From Lytechinus pictus (taxonomy: Eukaryota), in contig NC_087251.1 of the NCBI RefSeq assembly GCF_037042905.1, forward strand, positions 26,910,001-26,974,000: a stretch of 64,000 nucleotides of DNA, given 5' to 3'. Numbering within the stretch: the stretch's first letter is position 1; the number at the start of each line of letters is the position of its first letter. The notes beneath the pieces were generated by a model. The model saw only the letters and a program-made list of their open reading frames with translations. It ran no database searches and had not been told where the DNA came from. A program made the position numbers and the translations under genes. Shown here piece after piece: positions 1 to 13,852 of the stretch.

Positions 1-476
1 AAGTTTCAGTGGAAATCTTAGAAGAAATCCCAGCAGTTTAATACATTTCAATTCTTTTAAATGTTTACAATATACTGTTACTTCTATTAACAGTCATGAT
101 ATTCCCCTCTGAAAGAAAAATCTGAAATATAGCCAAGGGTCGCTAAGTCACCGCCGAAGTCTGAGAGGAATGTCACTCCAACAGAAATACAGTAAAGAAT
201 AGAGTACTAGTTTACAGGGTATAATCTATGAAGTGGCAGTCTACACTGTAACCCAATTACAAATAACTACATTATGTATGTATACCTTCGAGAAAATCCC
301 ATACTGTCACACACTATGGAGAGTAATTCAATTAGAAAATAATAAAGTGCCAGTCTTATTTTGCCATTCAATTGGAAATGTATATTTCAAAAAGTGTTCA
401 CAGGGTATAATATAGACATTTAAGCAGTCTATGGTGTACTCAATCACAAATACAAAATAGAAAAGAAATTCCTCAC

Positions 477-603
477 CTGGCCAGCACCAGCCTTCATATT
501 CACTGCCATCTTGTTTGTGGACGAAATAATCATTGTCTTTGCCTTCTTTGTACATGTGATAGTTGTTATCTCGGTGAACGTGAGGATCCACAATGGTCAC
601 CAT
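477..603 (-). CDS. GANAB: Glucosidase II alpha subunit (GH31), coding exon 13 in window; gene continues beyond left edge
   Basis: MVTIVDPHVHRDNNYHMYKEGKDNDYFVHKQDGSEYEGWCWPG matches the GH31 IVDPH...GWCWPG motif; AG acceptor 604-605, GTGAG donor 472-476. Confidence 0.95.
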
Positions 604-1191
604 CTACATAGAAGGCAATTAATAGAAACATTTTACCAAGTGTCAAGTTTTACATAACAATTGGTTACAATAATAAGTCGTTTTGTTGAAAAATTGTGAA
701 AGGATCTATCACAAGCACCAAGCGCATGTAAAAACTGGCAATTGCTGTATGGTAGTGTAATCAACAAAATTATGAAATTTTGATGTAATTTTGCAGAGCC
801 CCATGCACTACATGTAGCAATCAATATATGGGACTACACACAAGTGGTCAGACCAAAAGTATCAGTTGCTTATCATAACATGTAGGTAAGGAAATATTGA
901 GAGCAATCCTTTTCCATTAAACATTTTTCTACATGTACATTATCTCCCTAAATATGAAAATGAAGTGAAAACTCATGATAAGATTTATTTACTACAACTG
1001 GACTATCAGGTTAAAAGTTAATTGAATTAAAAAAAATTAAAAATCACAGAAAGTATGTGTCTGTGATGATACTACAACATGATATAAATAATTGGGTATT
1101 CATATTTTTATGAATAGGAGGGTACTCTGCCAGTTCAATTTTCATTGGAAGCTGGTGTATAAACAAGTCAAAACAATAATTGGATATTTAC

Positions 1192-1267
1192 CTTTCTTCC
1201 TTTCGCAGCCAATTGATCCAACATTCTTCCTGGGTCTGGGAATTTATGATTATCCCAAGTCAAATAT
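1192..1267 (-). CDS. GANAB: GANAB exon
   Basis: YLTWDNHKFPDPGRMLDQLAAKGRK; AG/GT boundaries, phase-compatible with neighbours. Confidence 0.93.
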
Positions 1268-2014
1268 CTATGACAAAGAAAAAAATAATTTCATAATTGA
1301 AACAATGGATACAAAAAACGTAATAATACAAATGTTTCAAAATACAAAAAAAATATGCACAGAAAGCATTAAACATATATCTGAAGAATTCTACATATTG
1401 ACTATGAATTGATTGAATTGGATTGAAGATATGACTTGGAGTTAGAGTTCAGCACAGGATTATTATCAACATGGATAAAAAAAAAATCAAATTATCATAA
1501 GGCCAGGATTGCCATACTTGGGGAAAATAATGTGCTGTTTGGATGATGAATGTTTACTTCAGGCCTACATTGATCTTGCAAATAAGACATTCCATTAAAT
1601 GCCCTCGTGAATACACACATTAAACAAACAAGGATGTAAAAATAGGTTAGACCTAGGATGCTATATAACTAGGCAGAGACAGGACATTTAACACATCACA
1701 TAAGCAGGCCATCGTTATTCGCAAGCACTGAATGAATCGCCATGCGCCTTTTAACGCAAACAAACGCAAGCATCATTTTGCCCTAGCATATAACAAAATT
1801 TCTCCCAAAGTCATAAAAGGAATATCAGATGATCAGACACATTTATATCCAAGTCAAACAATATGTCAGGATTAATAGTCAGTTTCAGATCAATATTTCA
1901 TGTTGCTATCAACATCGTAAATGACCAAAATTACTTTTTATCATAATTAGAGTGAATAATTTGAATTTACTATTTTTCTGTAAATGAAGGATTGGAAAAG
2001 GAAGAATAACATAC

Positions 2015-2092
2015 CTCTTTCCATTGGTGTGTTCAATATCAAGCCAGATCACATCACAGGGGATATCATGCTCGTCAAAATTAGCATCAACT
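2015..2092 (-). CDS. GANAB: GANAB exon
   Basis: [26 protein letters not shown] (GH31 WLDIEH motif); CAG/GTAT boundaries. Confidence 0.95.
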
Positions 2093-2895
2093 CTGAAAGG
2101 ATGAAATAAAACATTATACATATTGGCCTTCCTGTTCACAATGCTTGTCTCAAACTGAGTTGGTTTTTCTTATTTTCAAATTAGTGAGAAAATGACATTT
2201 TATGAAATACATATGCAGGATCTCCAGAGTGGAGCTGCTAGTGTATAACATAAAAAATAAAATTACAATATTGTACACATCAGCCTTGATGTTCATGATG
2301 CTCATCATCTCAATCTGAGTAGGTTTTTCTGATCCCAGCTTATTGAAAACATTACATGTTATGGAATACATGTGTGTGATCTCCGAAGCGGAGCTGCTCG
2401 CGTACGACATCAAAAATCAAAACTTTACACATATATAACCATCACTGATGGACTTTCTGCCATACTTTCATTAACTCAATACCAAACTTATCTTACTATG
2501 ATGACTATGTTCATTAATAAGTGTCAATGAGAGGATGAAAGGTCTGGGCATGTTTGTATGTGAAGATGTGTGCATGTGTATGTATTCACTATTTCTTCCT
2601 ATGCTATTACTTTTTTAATGGAGGAAATGGGTCTTCGGCTGACAGGCACATGCTTTGTTGTATTTTGGAGGGTTATTTTTCAAGTGTTGCCCTTCTCTTC
2701 TTGCTCTAATGCCATTATATACAAGTATTCACACAGAATTTAATGTTTTCATTTTATTTTTCAAGAATACTATGATTCTGAATTAAAATGAGTTGTATGG
2801 TTGCTTCATTTTTTGATTTTCATTTAAACCAACTTGACATGAGGGTGGACTTCCATTGTAAATAATGGTTTCAAAAAATATCTTGTTATACTCAC

Positions 2896-2957
2896 TGTAA
2901 CACATCATCTTCATCGTTGTAATTCCAGCGACACTGATGGTATGCTATGGAAAAGAG
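2896..2957 (-). CDS. GANAB: GANAB exon
   Basis: LFSIAYHQCRWNYNDEDDVL (YHQCRWNY motif); CAG/GTGAG boundaries. Confidence 0.95.
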
Positions 2958-3243
2958 CTGCAATGAAAGAAATTTGAAATAAAAATGACAGCAATATCAA
3001 CAAATAAGTTTTTATTCTTTAAAAAACATAATATTAGGTATTTATAGCGCATCATCTATCTAGAAATAATCAATTCCAGGACACACTATTGTTGATTCTA
3101 CTGCTCAAGCTCCCACCTCCAGCACTCTGAGCATTTGAGATATTAAATCCTGCTGGCTACCGATTCACCTCACCTGAGATGAGTGCAGCACAATGTGAAT
3201 AAATCTCTTGCTAATACCGAACAAATCATGGAATGATGCTTAC

Positions 3244-3417
3244 CGGAGGAAGGAATGGCTTGCCAGTCAGATCGGTATACTGAGATAGGACGTCCTTTGG
3301 AGAAGGCCCAAAAAGAAGGAAGGTGTCGATGATACCAGATTCAGAATACCAGTGGGTGTCGACTTGTGGGACATCACTCTCCCCTTTCACGTAGTCAAAC
3401 ATTCTTCCAAAGAAAGA
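3244..3417 (-). CDS. GANAB: GANAB exon
   Basis: SFFGRMFDYVKGESDVPQVDTHWYSESGIIDTFLLFGPSPKDVLSQYTDLTGKPFLPP; TAG/GTAAG boundaries. Confidence 0.94.
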
Positions 3418-3537
3418 CTAGAATAAGGACAAAGGTGTCATTCACTAACAATCAAAATCAACTGCAAGTGAGGTGAAATCAATTTTAAGGTCAACATATA
3501 TCATAAGATCAACATTGATTTTGATCATGAACAGGAA

Positions 3538-3712
3538 GATGTTGCATAAAGCTGTTTGTAAGTTACGAGCGACTTTACGACTGACTGGAGATCCTTTTTA
3601 GGCATTAAATCAAAATCGATGAAAATTTGGTGAATATCATTTATCACAAGAAAGGATCGCCAGTCGTTCGTGGAGTTGCTCATAACTGATGGACAGTTTT
3701 ATGAAATACCTA
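3538..3712. mobile_element. Short palindromic MITE (family also at about 8688-8852, 15882-16049, 42513-42725)
   Basis: Terminal inverted repeats of type GGGTGTTTCATAAAGCTG / CAGCTTTATGAAACACCC, with interior shared by the 3538, 8688 and 15882 copies. Confidence 0.7.
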
Positions 3713-4135
3713 CCTGGACCATTGTTGTAATTAGTGTCAATCTTCCGAACAGTATCCATTCCAGTTTTAGGAATCATCCCCAAGACTTCATAAGACTCTC
3801 TCAATAACATGTTTCTATTTGGTTCAAATCGATATTACTGACATACATCAGACATTAGCTTTAAAATCAAGCAATATTCTTAACTTCAATTGAAATCAAG
3901 TTTACAGAAGTTGAATTACACAATTCTTACGCTCATTAAACTCATCTGAATTTAATAGATACTGTCTAAAAAATTTTGGGAAGGAATGCTTTATGATGAA
4001 TTGCGATATAAGTTACACATGAAGCATGTTATCTTTATCAGAAGACCAGCATGTGAAAAAGTGAAATAACAGTGACAAATAACAACAAAGTTTATACTTC
4101 ACAAATGAGCTTATATATGGAATACTCGATCTCAC

Positions 4136-4214
4136 CTTATCAGCAGTATTTGATGTAATATCAATGAATGTCTCTGCTGCATTCAGCCAAAACAAACCTA
4201 CTGTCCTCTCTTTA
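4136..4214 (-). CDS. GANAB: GANAB exon
   Basis: KERTVGLFWLNAAETFIDITSNTADK (FWLNAAET motif); CAG/GTGAG. Confidence 0.94.
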
Positions 4215-4948
4215 CTGCAATTAATAGAAATATATTGCAGTGATCATTTGTTCAGTTACCTTGCAAATTTCCCTATCCCCCCCTCAATTATGAAAAGTGA
4301 GAAAAAGAACAGAAATAAAAAAGAGAGAGGCAGAGGGATACGAGAGGCAAAAACTCAAAGTACAAAAGAAACACCATTCGTTAATATTTTCACTCTACTG
4401 ACAAATGGTTCGAGGCTTAGTAGATGAAAATCCCAGGGGGTGTACTTGGATTATGTTTCTGGGTGGGTGTGAACACTTCACTATCAGTCTAAAGGCATTG
4501 TGATATTGAATAAATTCTTGGACATCTTGTCCTATAAGCTTATAAAATTAGCACAAAAGCCATCTCATAAAAAATAAGCATGGTTACTGTTTACAATCCC
4601 TTGGAAAAAGTTAGATAAATCATTTATTTCCACCATTTTTTATGCATCACATTCAGGAACAGACCCAATCTATGACCCAGACCATGTCCCTATTTCACAA
4701 AGAGCTGGTAAAACAAATGCACAGTTTCTATAAAAGAGTTTACTATTGACTAATCATGAATGATTTCAGTAGCTTTAAACTGTTATTGCTAATTTGTTAT
4801 TGTAACAAACTTTATGATATGAGCCTTGATGTTAATGAAGTCTTCGGTTGCAATTCAGTAATATCTATAAAAAAAACACAAATAGCAAACAAATTTAAGA
4901 CATAACACTTCTGAGACACAACAAAGATTAGAGCTAGCAATCACTTAC

Positions 4949-5050
4949 TTGTGAGCTTGCATAAAAGGTACAGATCCATAGAGAGCCATACGTTTGTCCA
5001 AATCATACTCAAACACATCCAGATTGTAGAGACGATAGGGGTCAGATGAT
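4949..5050 (-). CDS. GANAB: GANAB exon
   Basis: [33 protein letters not shown] ([10 protein letters not shown]...LYGSVP motif); CAG/GTAAG. Confidence 0.95.
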
Positions 5051-5686
5051 CTGCAAGGTTAATGGGTAGAGATGATAAATAAACAGTTTTTTTTAAACAT
5101 GTTTTAGCAGCAGGCAACGGTTTGGGATTGTAATGTAAATAGATTAATTTAAGCCAGTGGATCTTCATAACGCATAGTACTATTAATGTTTGAATATTCA
5201 TCAATCAAGCTCAAGCAATATGAGATGGTAGAAAATTACATAATATGCCAACAAGATGATGATCAGAAAAAAACACATACATTAGACAAAATTTCTTCTA
5301 CCAATACCGCTTATCGCAGGACTACCGATTATGATGGTTAAAAATTAGAAATGTCAACTGTTATAAGAATTCCCCAAGAACTGGTCCCACTCTTACAAAT
5401 AGTTGCGGTTGACTTGATCATTCACAACTAGAGAAAGCCACCAACACAAACATCTAGAATGTATTCATAATTAAAGAGTTTTCTGAATATGTTTACTTGT
5501 ACATGCATCATTTCTTGACAAATATGTGTGCTCTTCTAAGTTTCCACAGGGAAATTGTGAATATTTCCCATATATTCAAACTACGAAACTGATGGATTTT
5601 TTTGCATAGTTGAGATTGATTTGATCAATCACGACTCTTTGTCAGATGTGACCCAGATGGTAATTTCTGTTTTGCTGATATCTTAC

Positions 5687-5783
5687 CCTGTTGCCTTGAG
5701 TGCAAGAGAATCGGCATGCTCCGGGATACCATAGACATGATCAAATCCAGGGAAGGAGAAATCCAGTCCAATGGATGAAGGAC
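5687..5783 (-). CDS. GANAB: GANAB exon
   Basis: [32 protein letters not shown] (HVYGIPEHA motif); CAG/GTAAG. Confidence 0.95.
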
Positions 5784-6565
5784 CTGCAAATGAAAGACAC
5801 AACATAACATAATGCACTATACAGTCTATGGCAGAAATTTTAGGACATCAAATAAAAGTAGCCCAGAGGGGAAGTCATCTAAAGGACTACTAGTCACTTT
5901 TTAAGACCTGAGCCATGAATGCCAGTTTGCTAAACACCAAAAATTAGAAAATGAGATTATATACCAAAGAAGGCTTGAGCTATGGCCTTATAAACAATAA
6001 TTAGTTCAAGTATTCCAAGGTTCAAGTATTTGCCTTTAATAAGGCACAAGCTAGACAGGAATAACTGTCGTTTCTGAAAATTAATTTAAAATTTCTGACA
6101 TTTCAGTATCATCCCCGTAGTGGAGCCAACGTAGTTCAGCGGAACAACCAAAATACAGAGACTGAAGCTTTTGGTCTAGGCACAAGCCTACATGTACCTG
6201 AGCAAATGTTCTTATAGGGAGGTATGCAATATGAGAATTTGGGTATAGTTCATATTCTAAGAATTTGACATCCTTAGTACCCAGTAGTAACAATGACAAT
6301 AGTGTAAACATATACAGCACAATCATTGCCCAGGGACCCCAAAGTGCTGGTCCAGAAACAGACAGATTTGATAAAATTTTCAATTGAATACAAGCATTTT
6401 CACCAATATTGGCCTCATAACACACTGCTCATTAACTGATCACACAATCGATTTCCTGATTGCTTTCACTGATCATTATGTGCAATCAAATCAATATCAA
6501 TTACAATAATCAATCGCAAACAAAAATCAGTTGCTCAGATTTGTGTTACTGGGTCCTGGACTCAC

Positions 6566-6686
6566 CGTATGGTTTCTTATCAGTGTGTGATTTGAAGGTT
6601 TCCTCCCACATATCGGGCTCCTCCGGTTCCTCCGGCTCCTTCTCCTCGGCCTGCTCGACATTCTCCACCTCCTCCCCTTCCTCCAC
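6566..6686 (-). CDS. GANAB: GANAB exon (acidic loop plus WEETFKSHTD)
   Basis: VEEGEEVENVEQAEEKEPEEPEEPDMWEETFKSHTDKKPY; CAG/GTGAG. Confidence 0.93.
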
Positions 6687-8868
6687 CTGATCAATATAAG
6701 GAGTCATTTCAAATCACAAACTAAATATTCCAACTATCCCAAGAAAAAGGAAAAGTTGGCCCTGTCGCATGTTTGGGACAATTTAAAAGTAAATTCATTT
6801 CATTGTGACATACAATATCAAATGAATGAGAGCACAGCCCTCATGGGTATGTTGATTAAGAAGCAGAACTTTGGTGAAGAGCTGCAATGGAAGTGCTTTT
6901 GTGAGGGGTGTACTCACTTCTGTTGGATATTGTACCTAGCTACATTTTCCCTTGTATAAGAAAAATCTGAGATATTTGAAATAGCTTTTAAAGAGAGAGG
7001 AACGAAAGACAGCATTGAAAAAATTCAAATTCTCTGGTTTGGCATAAGCTAAGCAAGATATAACCCAAGCAATTTTTTAACACAAAAGAAATGGTTTTGG
7101 TACAGCATAAGTTTTGACTGTCTCATGAAAGAAAGCAAACCTTAAACTTTGTCATTCCTCATCCAATTCTAAATATTTTTTGGTCTTTGTTCGTTTCTTA
7201 ACTTACAATAATTTATCTCTATTGATTCATGGTTGGCTTGGCATAAATGACTTGGCATAAATAAGAGAGTATGACCCTCTTCTTTTTTTTTGAAAATGAA
7301 TATAAATGCACATAGGAGCAGAGCATCACTTCAGAAAGCTGTCACCAGAAAAAAAAATTGTCACTGTCGAATACAAATTTATGAAGCTATTAATTTATGT
7401 TACATCTCATATCTAAAAATTATTGGTTTGGAAGCATATTCAAATACCTTTAGAGGAAACCTTGCACCACACTAACTTACATGCATCTTCAATACTTAAT
7501 CTAAAATACTTAGTATCGAGTCTGCAAATAGTTTTTCAGGTAACCATATTCATATTACATCTATCAGATTAACTAGTTCAAAGGTAGCTTTTTAATGTAT
7601 GGTGGCCTTGAAATGTGCTCCACGGCATTTCAAATTGCTGTGAATTTCATAACCATTGAGAAAATTTTGCCATCAAGCTTACATTTTAAGTAGCAAACTT
7701 CACAATTTCTATAATGCGAATTGATCATCTTTTGATAGTATTGAAGAAACAGATGGCAAATAAGTGCTTTCTGGCCATATCCATCTGGTAAAATTCATTA
7801 TAAATTTGCCAAACTATAATAGTAACAAAAAATCATAATATTGGTATCAAAAGTTGCAAATTTGCAAACTGAAATCGTCAAATTGGTGATCAAAACCATC
7901 TTATTTATTTAAAGTTATGTTATCAAATTGATGCAAATTGAAGTTGATAGGTTCATGGCCACCATGTGTATCCAACAGGACCATATAGTGTATGGAATAC
8001 ATGTAGGTCGATATAACACAGCAATAATTGAACTCTAAAAACATTTCAAACAGTTTACTGATAGATGGCGTATAATAAATGCTGTTTATTATTTATTATT
8101 AAATAAATTTTGGGACCTTTCCCTCCACCGTATGTGTCATCTATATCTACTACTCAAGGAAAGAGCAAAGATTCTGGATATAGAGTGAAATAACCACTCG
8201 AAAAAGACTGTATGAAAAAAATTATGCTGACTTTAAAATGTAAAAGCAAATAAAAAATGTATGATTTCAAATTTTTCAACGGAAAACCATACCAGTATAA
8301 TACTCTTTGCCAGATGTTTTACTGACTACAAAAAAAAAAAAATTCAAAAATATCACATACTGGTACTGCAATTTCATTTCATCTTTTGAAGTGTTTGATA
8401 AAAATTAAATTAGTAAACTATGATAGTTTTCATTATATATTTTTTCTTTTGTGCAAATGCTATGCAAATTATATGTTAACAGTTTCTTTTGTACTGCTAC
8501 TGTATATGCCTTTGGATTATGGAATGTGATTTGGCAGTTACAATAATCATTTAGAAAGGATAAGAATTGACAAACAAAATTTTTAAAAAGAGAGAGAATT
8601 GATTAAATAGATGATAGAAAGAATGCTCACGAAGTTTAGAATTTGGAAGATGTTCTACATGTATGCTGCCCAAGACTAAAAGCAGGATAGTGTTTCATAA
8701 AGCTGTTTGCATGATACCCATGACTGTACATAAGACTGGAACATGTTCTTAGGTGCAAAGTCAGCTATATTAGGATATATCATCTATCCCAACAAAGGAT
8801 CACCAGTCGTGCATAAATCATGTGTAACCTACAAACAGCTTCATGAGACAGCTTCCTGGACTACTCAC

Positions 8869-8893
8869 CGGTTGGTCTTGGTCTTCCTCGGAT
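8869..8893 (-). CDS. GANAB: GANAB 25-nt microexon (SEEDQDQP)
   Basis: CAG|ATCCGAGGAAGACCAAGACCAACCG|GTGAGT; bridges the phase-2 end of exon 13679-13852 to the phase-0 start of exon 6566-6686. Confidence 0.8.
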
Positions 8894-11800
8894 CTGTAAC
8901 CAACCAAATCAAGAATGGCATCTTTAGCAAGGTCAAGTAGACCAGGGCCTTCTTCACCCTGGTCCAGAGAGCTGGGGTAGTATACATGTTAATAGTAAGA
9001 TACATTTAGGTTAAGGGTTGTTAGACACCATACTTCCCTTGTAAGGGATGAATGAACTTTGTCCACAGTAGAACAATTTGTTACTGATGGAATCAGAAGT
9101 ATATGGTATCTCTTCTTAGTGTTTTATCAACAATACCTGAACTTGGTAGATGACAAGGAAGTCATTAATCTAAAAAGGCAATGAAAGAGCGAGGTATACC
9201 ACGCCCGAGAGCAACACCAACAGGCAGGCAAACCATGTGGATGACAGAGTGCAGCAGCATGTTGATACATGGAGACAATTTCAGCCAGTTACTAAAGGAT
9301 TTCTAACAGTGTGATGGTTCACTTATTAAATATTTTGATGAATAAACTGACCACTTGTCATATACTAAATTTGAATTCCTGTCAAACTTAAAAGAATTAA
9401 AAATATTGGTTGAATACGCAGCGCAGCTAAATTTTTATTTTGAATTCTGGACACAGATAGTTCTATACTATCTGCCTTTTAATGGAATATGGAATTTTAT
9501 CCTCTTTTTCTTTTTTACACAAAATGATCACTTTATATTGAAAGTAACTAAAAATTTACCCTCTTTAAACTTAGAAAATTGATATGCTCTCCATTTGGAT
9601 TGAAAATTATATGGACATGTTCATACCATAAAAACCACCACCATGGTTAATTGGCTAATGGCACAGTCATTTGGGTAATACAATAAACATTTTCTTTATT
9701 TTATTTTGGTTTACAACATATGGAATTAGATGTTAATAGCAGAGATGAAATGTTTCCATGGATACATGTATATACATGTAAGCACAAACGAGAAAGGCAA
9801 TAATATTGAATGATATGCGAATTGACCTTCACTACCTTCATGTAACATCCAATTTTAATCAATTCGTTGCCATGGAAAGCATGCAGATACCAGCAGCAAC
9901 TTCCACCAAGTTTGAACTTTGAGATATTACAATGCCATGATAAGTGCTCAGATGACAACCAACAACTGGTAGGTTGTACATGAAACTGTCTGAATTGGTG
10001 CTTTGACTGAAATTCAAGTATTGGATGTCTAACAACCCTTTCATTTTTTTCCAATGGGCACATAAAATATCTAATTGTGTTGATAATGTAACTACCAAAA
10101 ATGTAAAAGTAAAGATACAGACTGGCATGCGAGAACAATGACAAGTAGTCAAACAGAATTTCAGAATATGGTTAAATGACATGAATTACTGAAATATTAT
10201 GGGTATGAACAGAACAACAACTATACTATGATCTTATGACATTATGGACAAAACATTAGCTATGTTCATGCACATTTATTCTATTCTTTCAAATTTTTTC
10301 AAATATTAAATAAAAATTCAAGAAACATCCTGCCTCCCATTATATCAATCCCATTCATGTTTTTTTGCATGCAAAGTACTTTGTCAAATGCATAAAATAA
10401 TTCAAATTCAGAAGAAAAAAATCTTCTATGATGTCATCAGGTGGTCTACTGGTCTAGACTAAGATAGCAAAAGTCCACGCAAATTTCTGGATGAAATGCT
10501 AAAAAGATAATAATCTGCCACTTGAAAATAAAAATGTTAGTACAGTATAGTGTGAGATTGAATGCATGTTAGTAAACTGCTCTCATCCCTAGGAGTGCAT
10601 ACATTTACGTGTACACACATACAACATCTACATTGTAAAAGGAGATTGTCTCTTTTTCTTCTTTTTTTGAAGAAATGGCCCATATTCTGAACTTGGGTTA
10701 AAATTTTAAAATGTGGTCTATAGTGGTTTAATTACGGACAGCCATCTCTACAAAATGTTCACTTTCTTTTGTCACCACATATGATATTTGAATCATTAAC
10801 TTTGTATGGAAAAGATAACTACAAAAGTTCTATCCATTAATGGAAAGATTGAGAGATGCGCCAGGTAAAGAAGCACAATAATTTTTTTTAGACTTGTGGC
10901 TATGATTCATTGCTTTTCAATAAACAAACCTGGACTAACTTCAGACAGAGTTCAAAATATGGGCCAATGGATCAACTCAAATGCATTCAAACTTTAAATA
11001 TGTAGTTTTCTAGTGAAATAGTTCTCAGTACATAATGGATTTGAACAAGAAGAACAGAAATTCGCACACAGAGGCATTTAAACACATGCACATCCACATC
11101 AACATGGCAAGAAATGTCATTCAGAGCAAAGGCATGAATCTATTTTGGCAGAAATATGGAGGATGACACAGATACACGTACATTAATACTGGCAGATTAA
11201 GGTATACAGGATTTAATCACAAATTATGCTAGACTATATTGGCCTGTATCACACTCCCCCCCCAAAAAAAAAAAAAAAAAAAACTTTCTTTCATCAGCAA
11301 TTAACAACTCCAGTTTTACAGTACCTGTTTATCTCAAAGCATACACTGTCATGGTCTAAATTTATGAAAAATCGTTTTTATCATTTGTTCTGAGGATGGA
11401 TTGAGACTATGATTTTGCCAAGTAGGACCATTTCCCACTTCTTCCACAAAGATTTTGACTTACATGGTGATGCTCTAATATTAGTATCCTAATCATTAAA
11501 GCACTTCAAAAAATCTTTTCAGTTCATGTAAAAAGTAGCATGCTTAGCTCTTTGCAAATATTGTGATAGAATACCAGCTGAGGCAATCGGCTGGAAGAAA
11601 TATCTATATAAAAAAATATGAGAAATCATTAAAGAATATTAAAAATGGGAGAAGTTGCTGGTCAAGACCGCCATGATTGATTTGAGAGAAGGACAAACAT
11701 ATTCTCTTGACCCTTTATACATTAAATTGACTAATGTTGTATCTTAGCCATCCTTGTGTAATTTGCATGGAATTGTTGTTTGGTTATTGAGCATCGTTAC

Positions 11801-12801
11801 CACTACCATTAGGGGTGAATTATCAATATTATACTTTTTCGCAACAAGGCCCTGCATAGATTTTTCTTTTGCATTGATCCTTTTTTCAAAACAAGGAATG
11901 AGTGATATATGCCTTGCCAACTTGTTAAAATATATGTCATGATCACCATCATGATGCAACAGAATTGTATCAACTGGTCATTGTGAAAACACCAGCCGTA
12001 GAATGCAACATCCTATGAAATTTCAGAAGGGCTATTTCATTAAATGCTGATCCCTTTCACCTACCCCTCCCCTTTATTATGAGTAATATAATTGAATAAA
12101 TGTTGTATATCTGCGAAAGGTAAATGTGTTAAGCGATGGCAAATTTATTGTCTTATGAGACTTGCAGGTAAAATTGAACAAATTACCTTTTTATAGACAA
12201 AAAGTGGTTAAAATGGTTTCAAAATTAATTTTACTGACTCCGGATAATCTAATGCAAAATATTCAGAATTCCTAAAAAATCAGACCTTCATTTTTGAGGA
12301 GCGCGATCGCGCCAGCGCTCCTACCGCATTCCTAAAAAAAATATAAGGCAAACAAAATATCGTGCTCCTTATTAAAAAAAAACTTCACCAAAAGTTACTG
12401 AAATTTCTCATTTTACATCTTTATATTCATGAAATAGGCATCTATTTTCCATAATTCCTTAAAATTACTTTTAGTAGGAAACTACCAAAAAATGAAGAAA
12501 ATTCACCCCTAATATCTTGACTCTGATTTATGATGTTAAACTCAGTAAATATTGCAGTCCCATATGTAGATTTTCATGTTGTTGACCAAGTGTAAAATGT
12601 TCAAAAAATCAATGATCGTTTTCAGTTAATGTGGCAACACCATGGAAGTCTACATGTGGGCTACAATATTTACAGATTGTACCATCATCAATCAGAGTCA
12701 ATTAGAAAGAGCTGAATATTCTTCATTTCCTGATAGTTTTCAACTAAATTAAAATAATTTCAAGGAATTGTGGAAAACAGATGGCCATTTCATGGATTTA
12801 A

Positions 12802-13197
12802 AGGTAAATGCTAGTTTTGGTAGCGATATCAAAATGAGTTAGTACAGAATCCAATGAAATGACCACCAAAGTGTCTGTTTGTATGAATAAAACGCATGTG
12901 CCAAAGGATTCTGGAAGAAATTGTGTAATTGCTGAGAAATCAGCAAATAAGCACATGATTCGGGTAGAGCGTTGGGCCCGACGCTCAAAGCAATAATTAT
13001 ACACTGTCCCACGTGCGCTTATCTGTGTTGGGGAAGTTCAGTCTGAACATTTTCAGCGTAGATTTCAAGATTTCACAAAGTTCAGTTTATGTAACTGTAC
13101 CAGATCTAGATCCTCGATGATATATACTGATAATTAAGCCTGGATTTACAGACTTTCTCATGAAATCAGTGTTTACTGCAACTACTGGAATTTCTCT
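12802..13197. mobile_element. TTAA-flanked non-autonomous DNA element (Kolobok-like AG termini)
   Basis: TTAA|AGGTAAATGCTAGT...ACTGGAATTTCTCT|TTAA; imperfect TIRs. Confidence 0.55.
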
Positions 13198-13678
13198 TTA
13201 AAGATGTAAAATGTGAAATTTTAGCAATTTTTTATAATTTTTTTTTTTGAAGGAGCGCAATATTTTGTAAACGTAATGACCCAGGCCTAGTTTCACCACA
13301 GATTAACAGATATTGCAATTACAATTATAAGAAAATCTACAATTTAGCATACATGTATTGTATTAAATTGAGCTCCTTTGATAGAGCGATTCTAAGGAGC
13401 TCAAATGAGCTCCTCAAAAAAGTAAGGAGAGCGATTTATTGAGCTCCATGAGATTATAAACGTGAAGGACTGAAAAATATGTTCAAAGAATACCAATAAC
13501 TACAAGCAAAGAAGAATCTTAAAGAGAATATGTGTATTTAAGAGAATTACTTTTTAAAAATATGTAAAATCAAAATCCCACCACCAGTACAGATGTACTC
13601 TGTGCTTGACGTCATTCTCTTTTGCAAGTCTAGGCATTGAAGTGACTGCCACGCTACCAAATTCTTATTTAATCTTAC

Positions 13679-13852
13679 TTTCTCCTTTCCCGCAGATGTT
13701 CAAACTTCATGAGCCCTCTAGGGTTGATGCTAAAGACGAGCTGCTTGTTGTCGTAGAAGTCCATACGGAATGGCTGGGAGGAGAGCAGCACGGTGATGCC
13801 AGAGCTGGTGGTGGCCTCAATGGACGTCGAGTCCTGCTTGTTAATGGTCCAT
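13679..13852 (-). CDS. GANAB: GANAB exon
   Basis: WTINKQDSTSIEATTSSGITVLLSSQPFRMDFYDNKQLVFSINPRGLMKFEHLRERR; AAG/GTAAG boundaries. Confidence 0.9.

Noticed and set aside
9891..11603. Extra alternative GANAB exons at about 9891-10006 and 11575-11603
   Set aside because: AG/GT-bounded, but phases do not fit the flanking exons singly or together.
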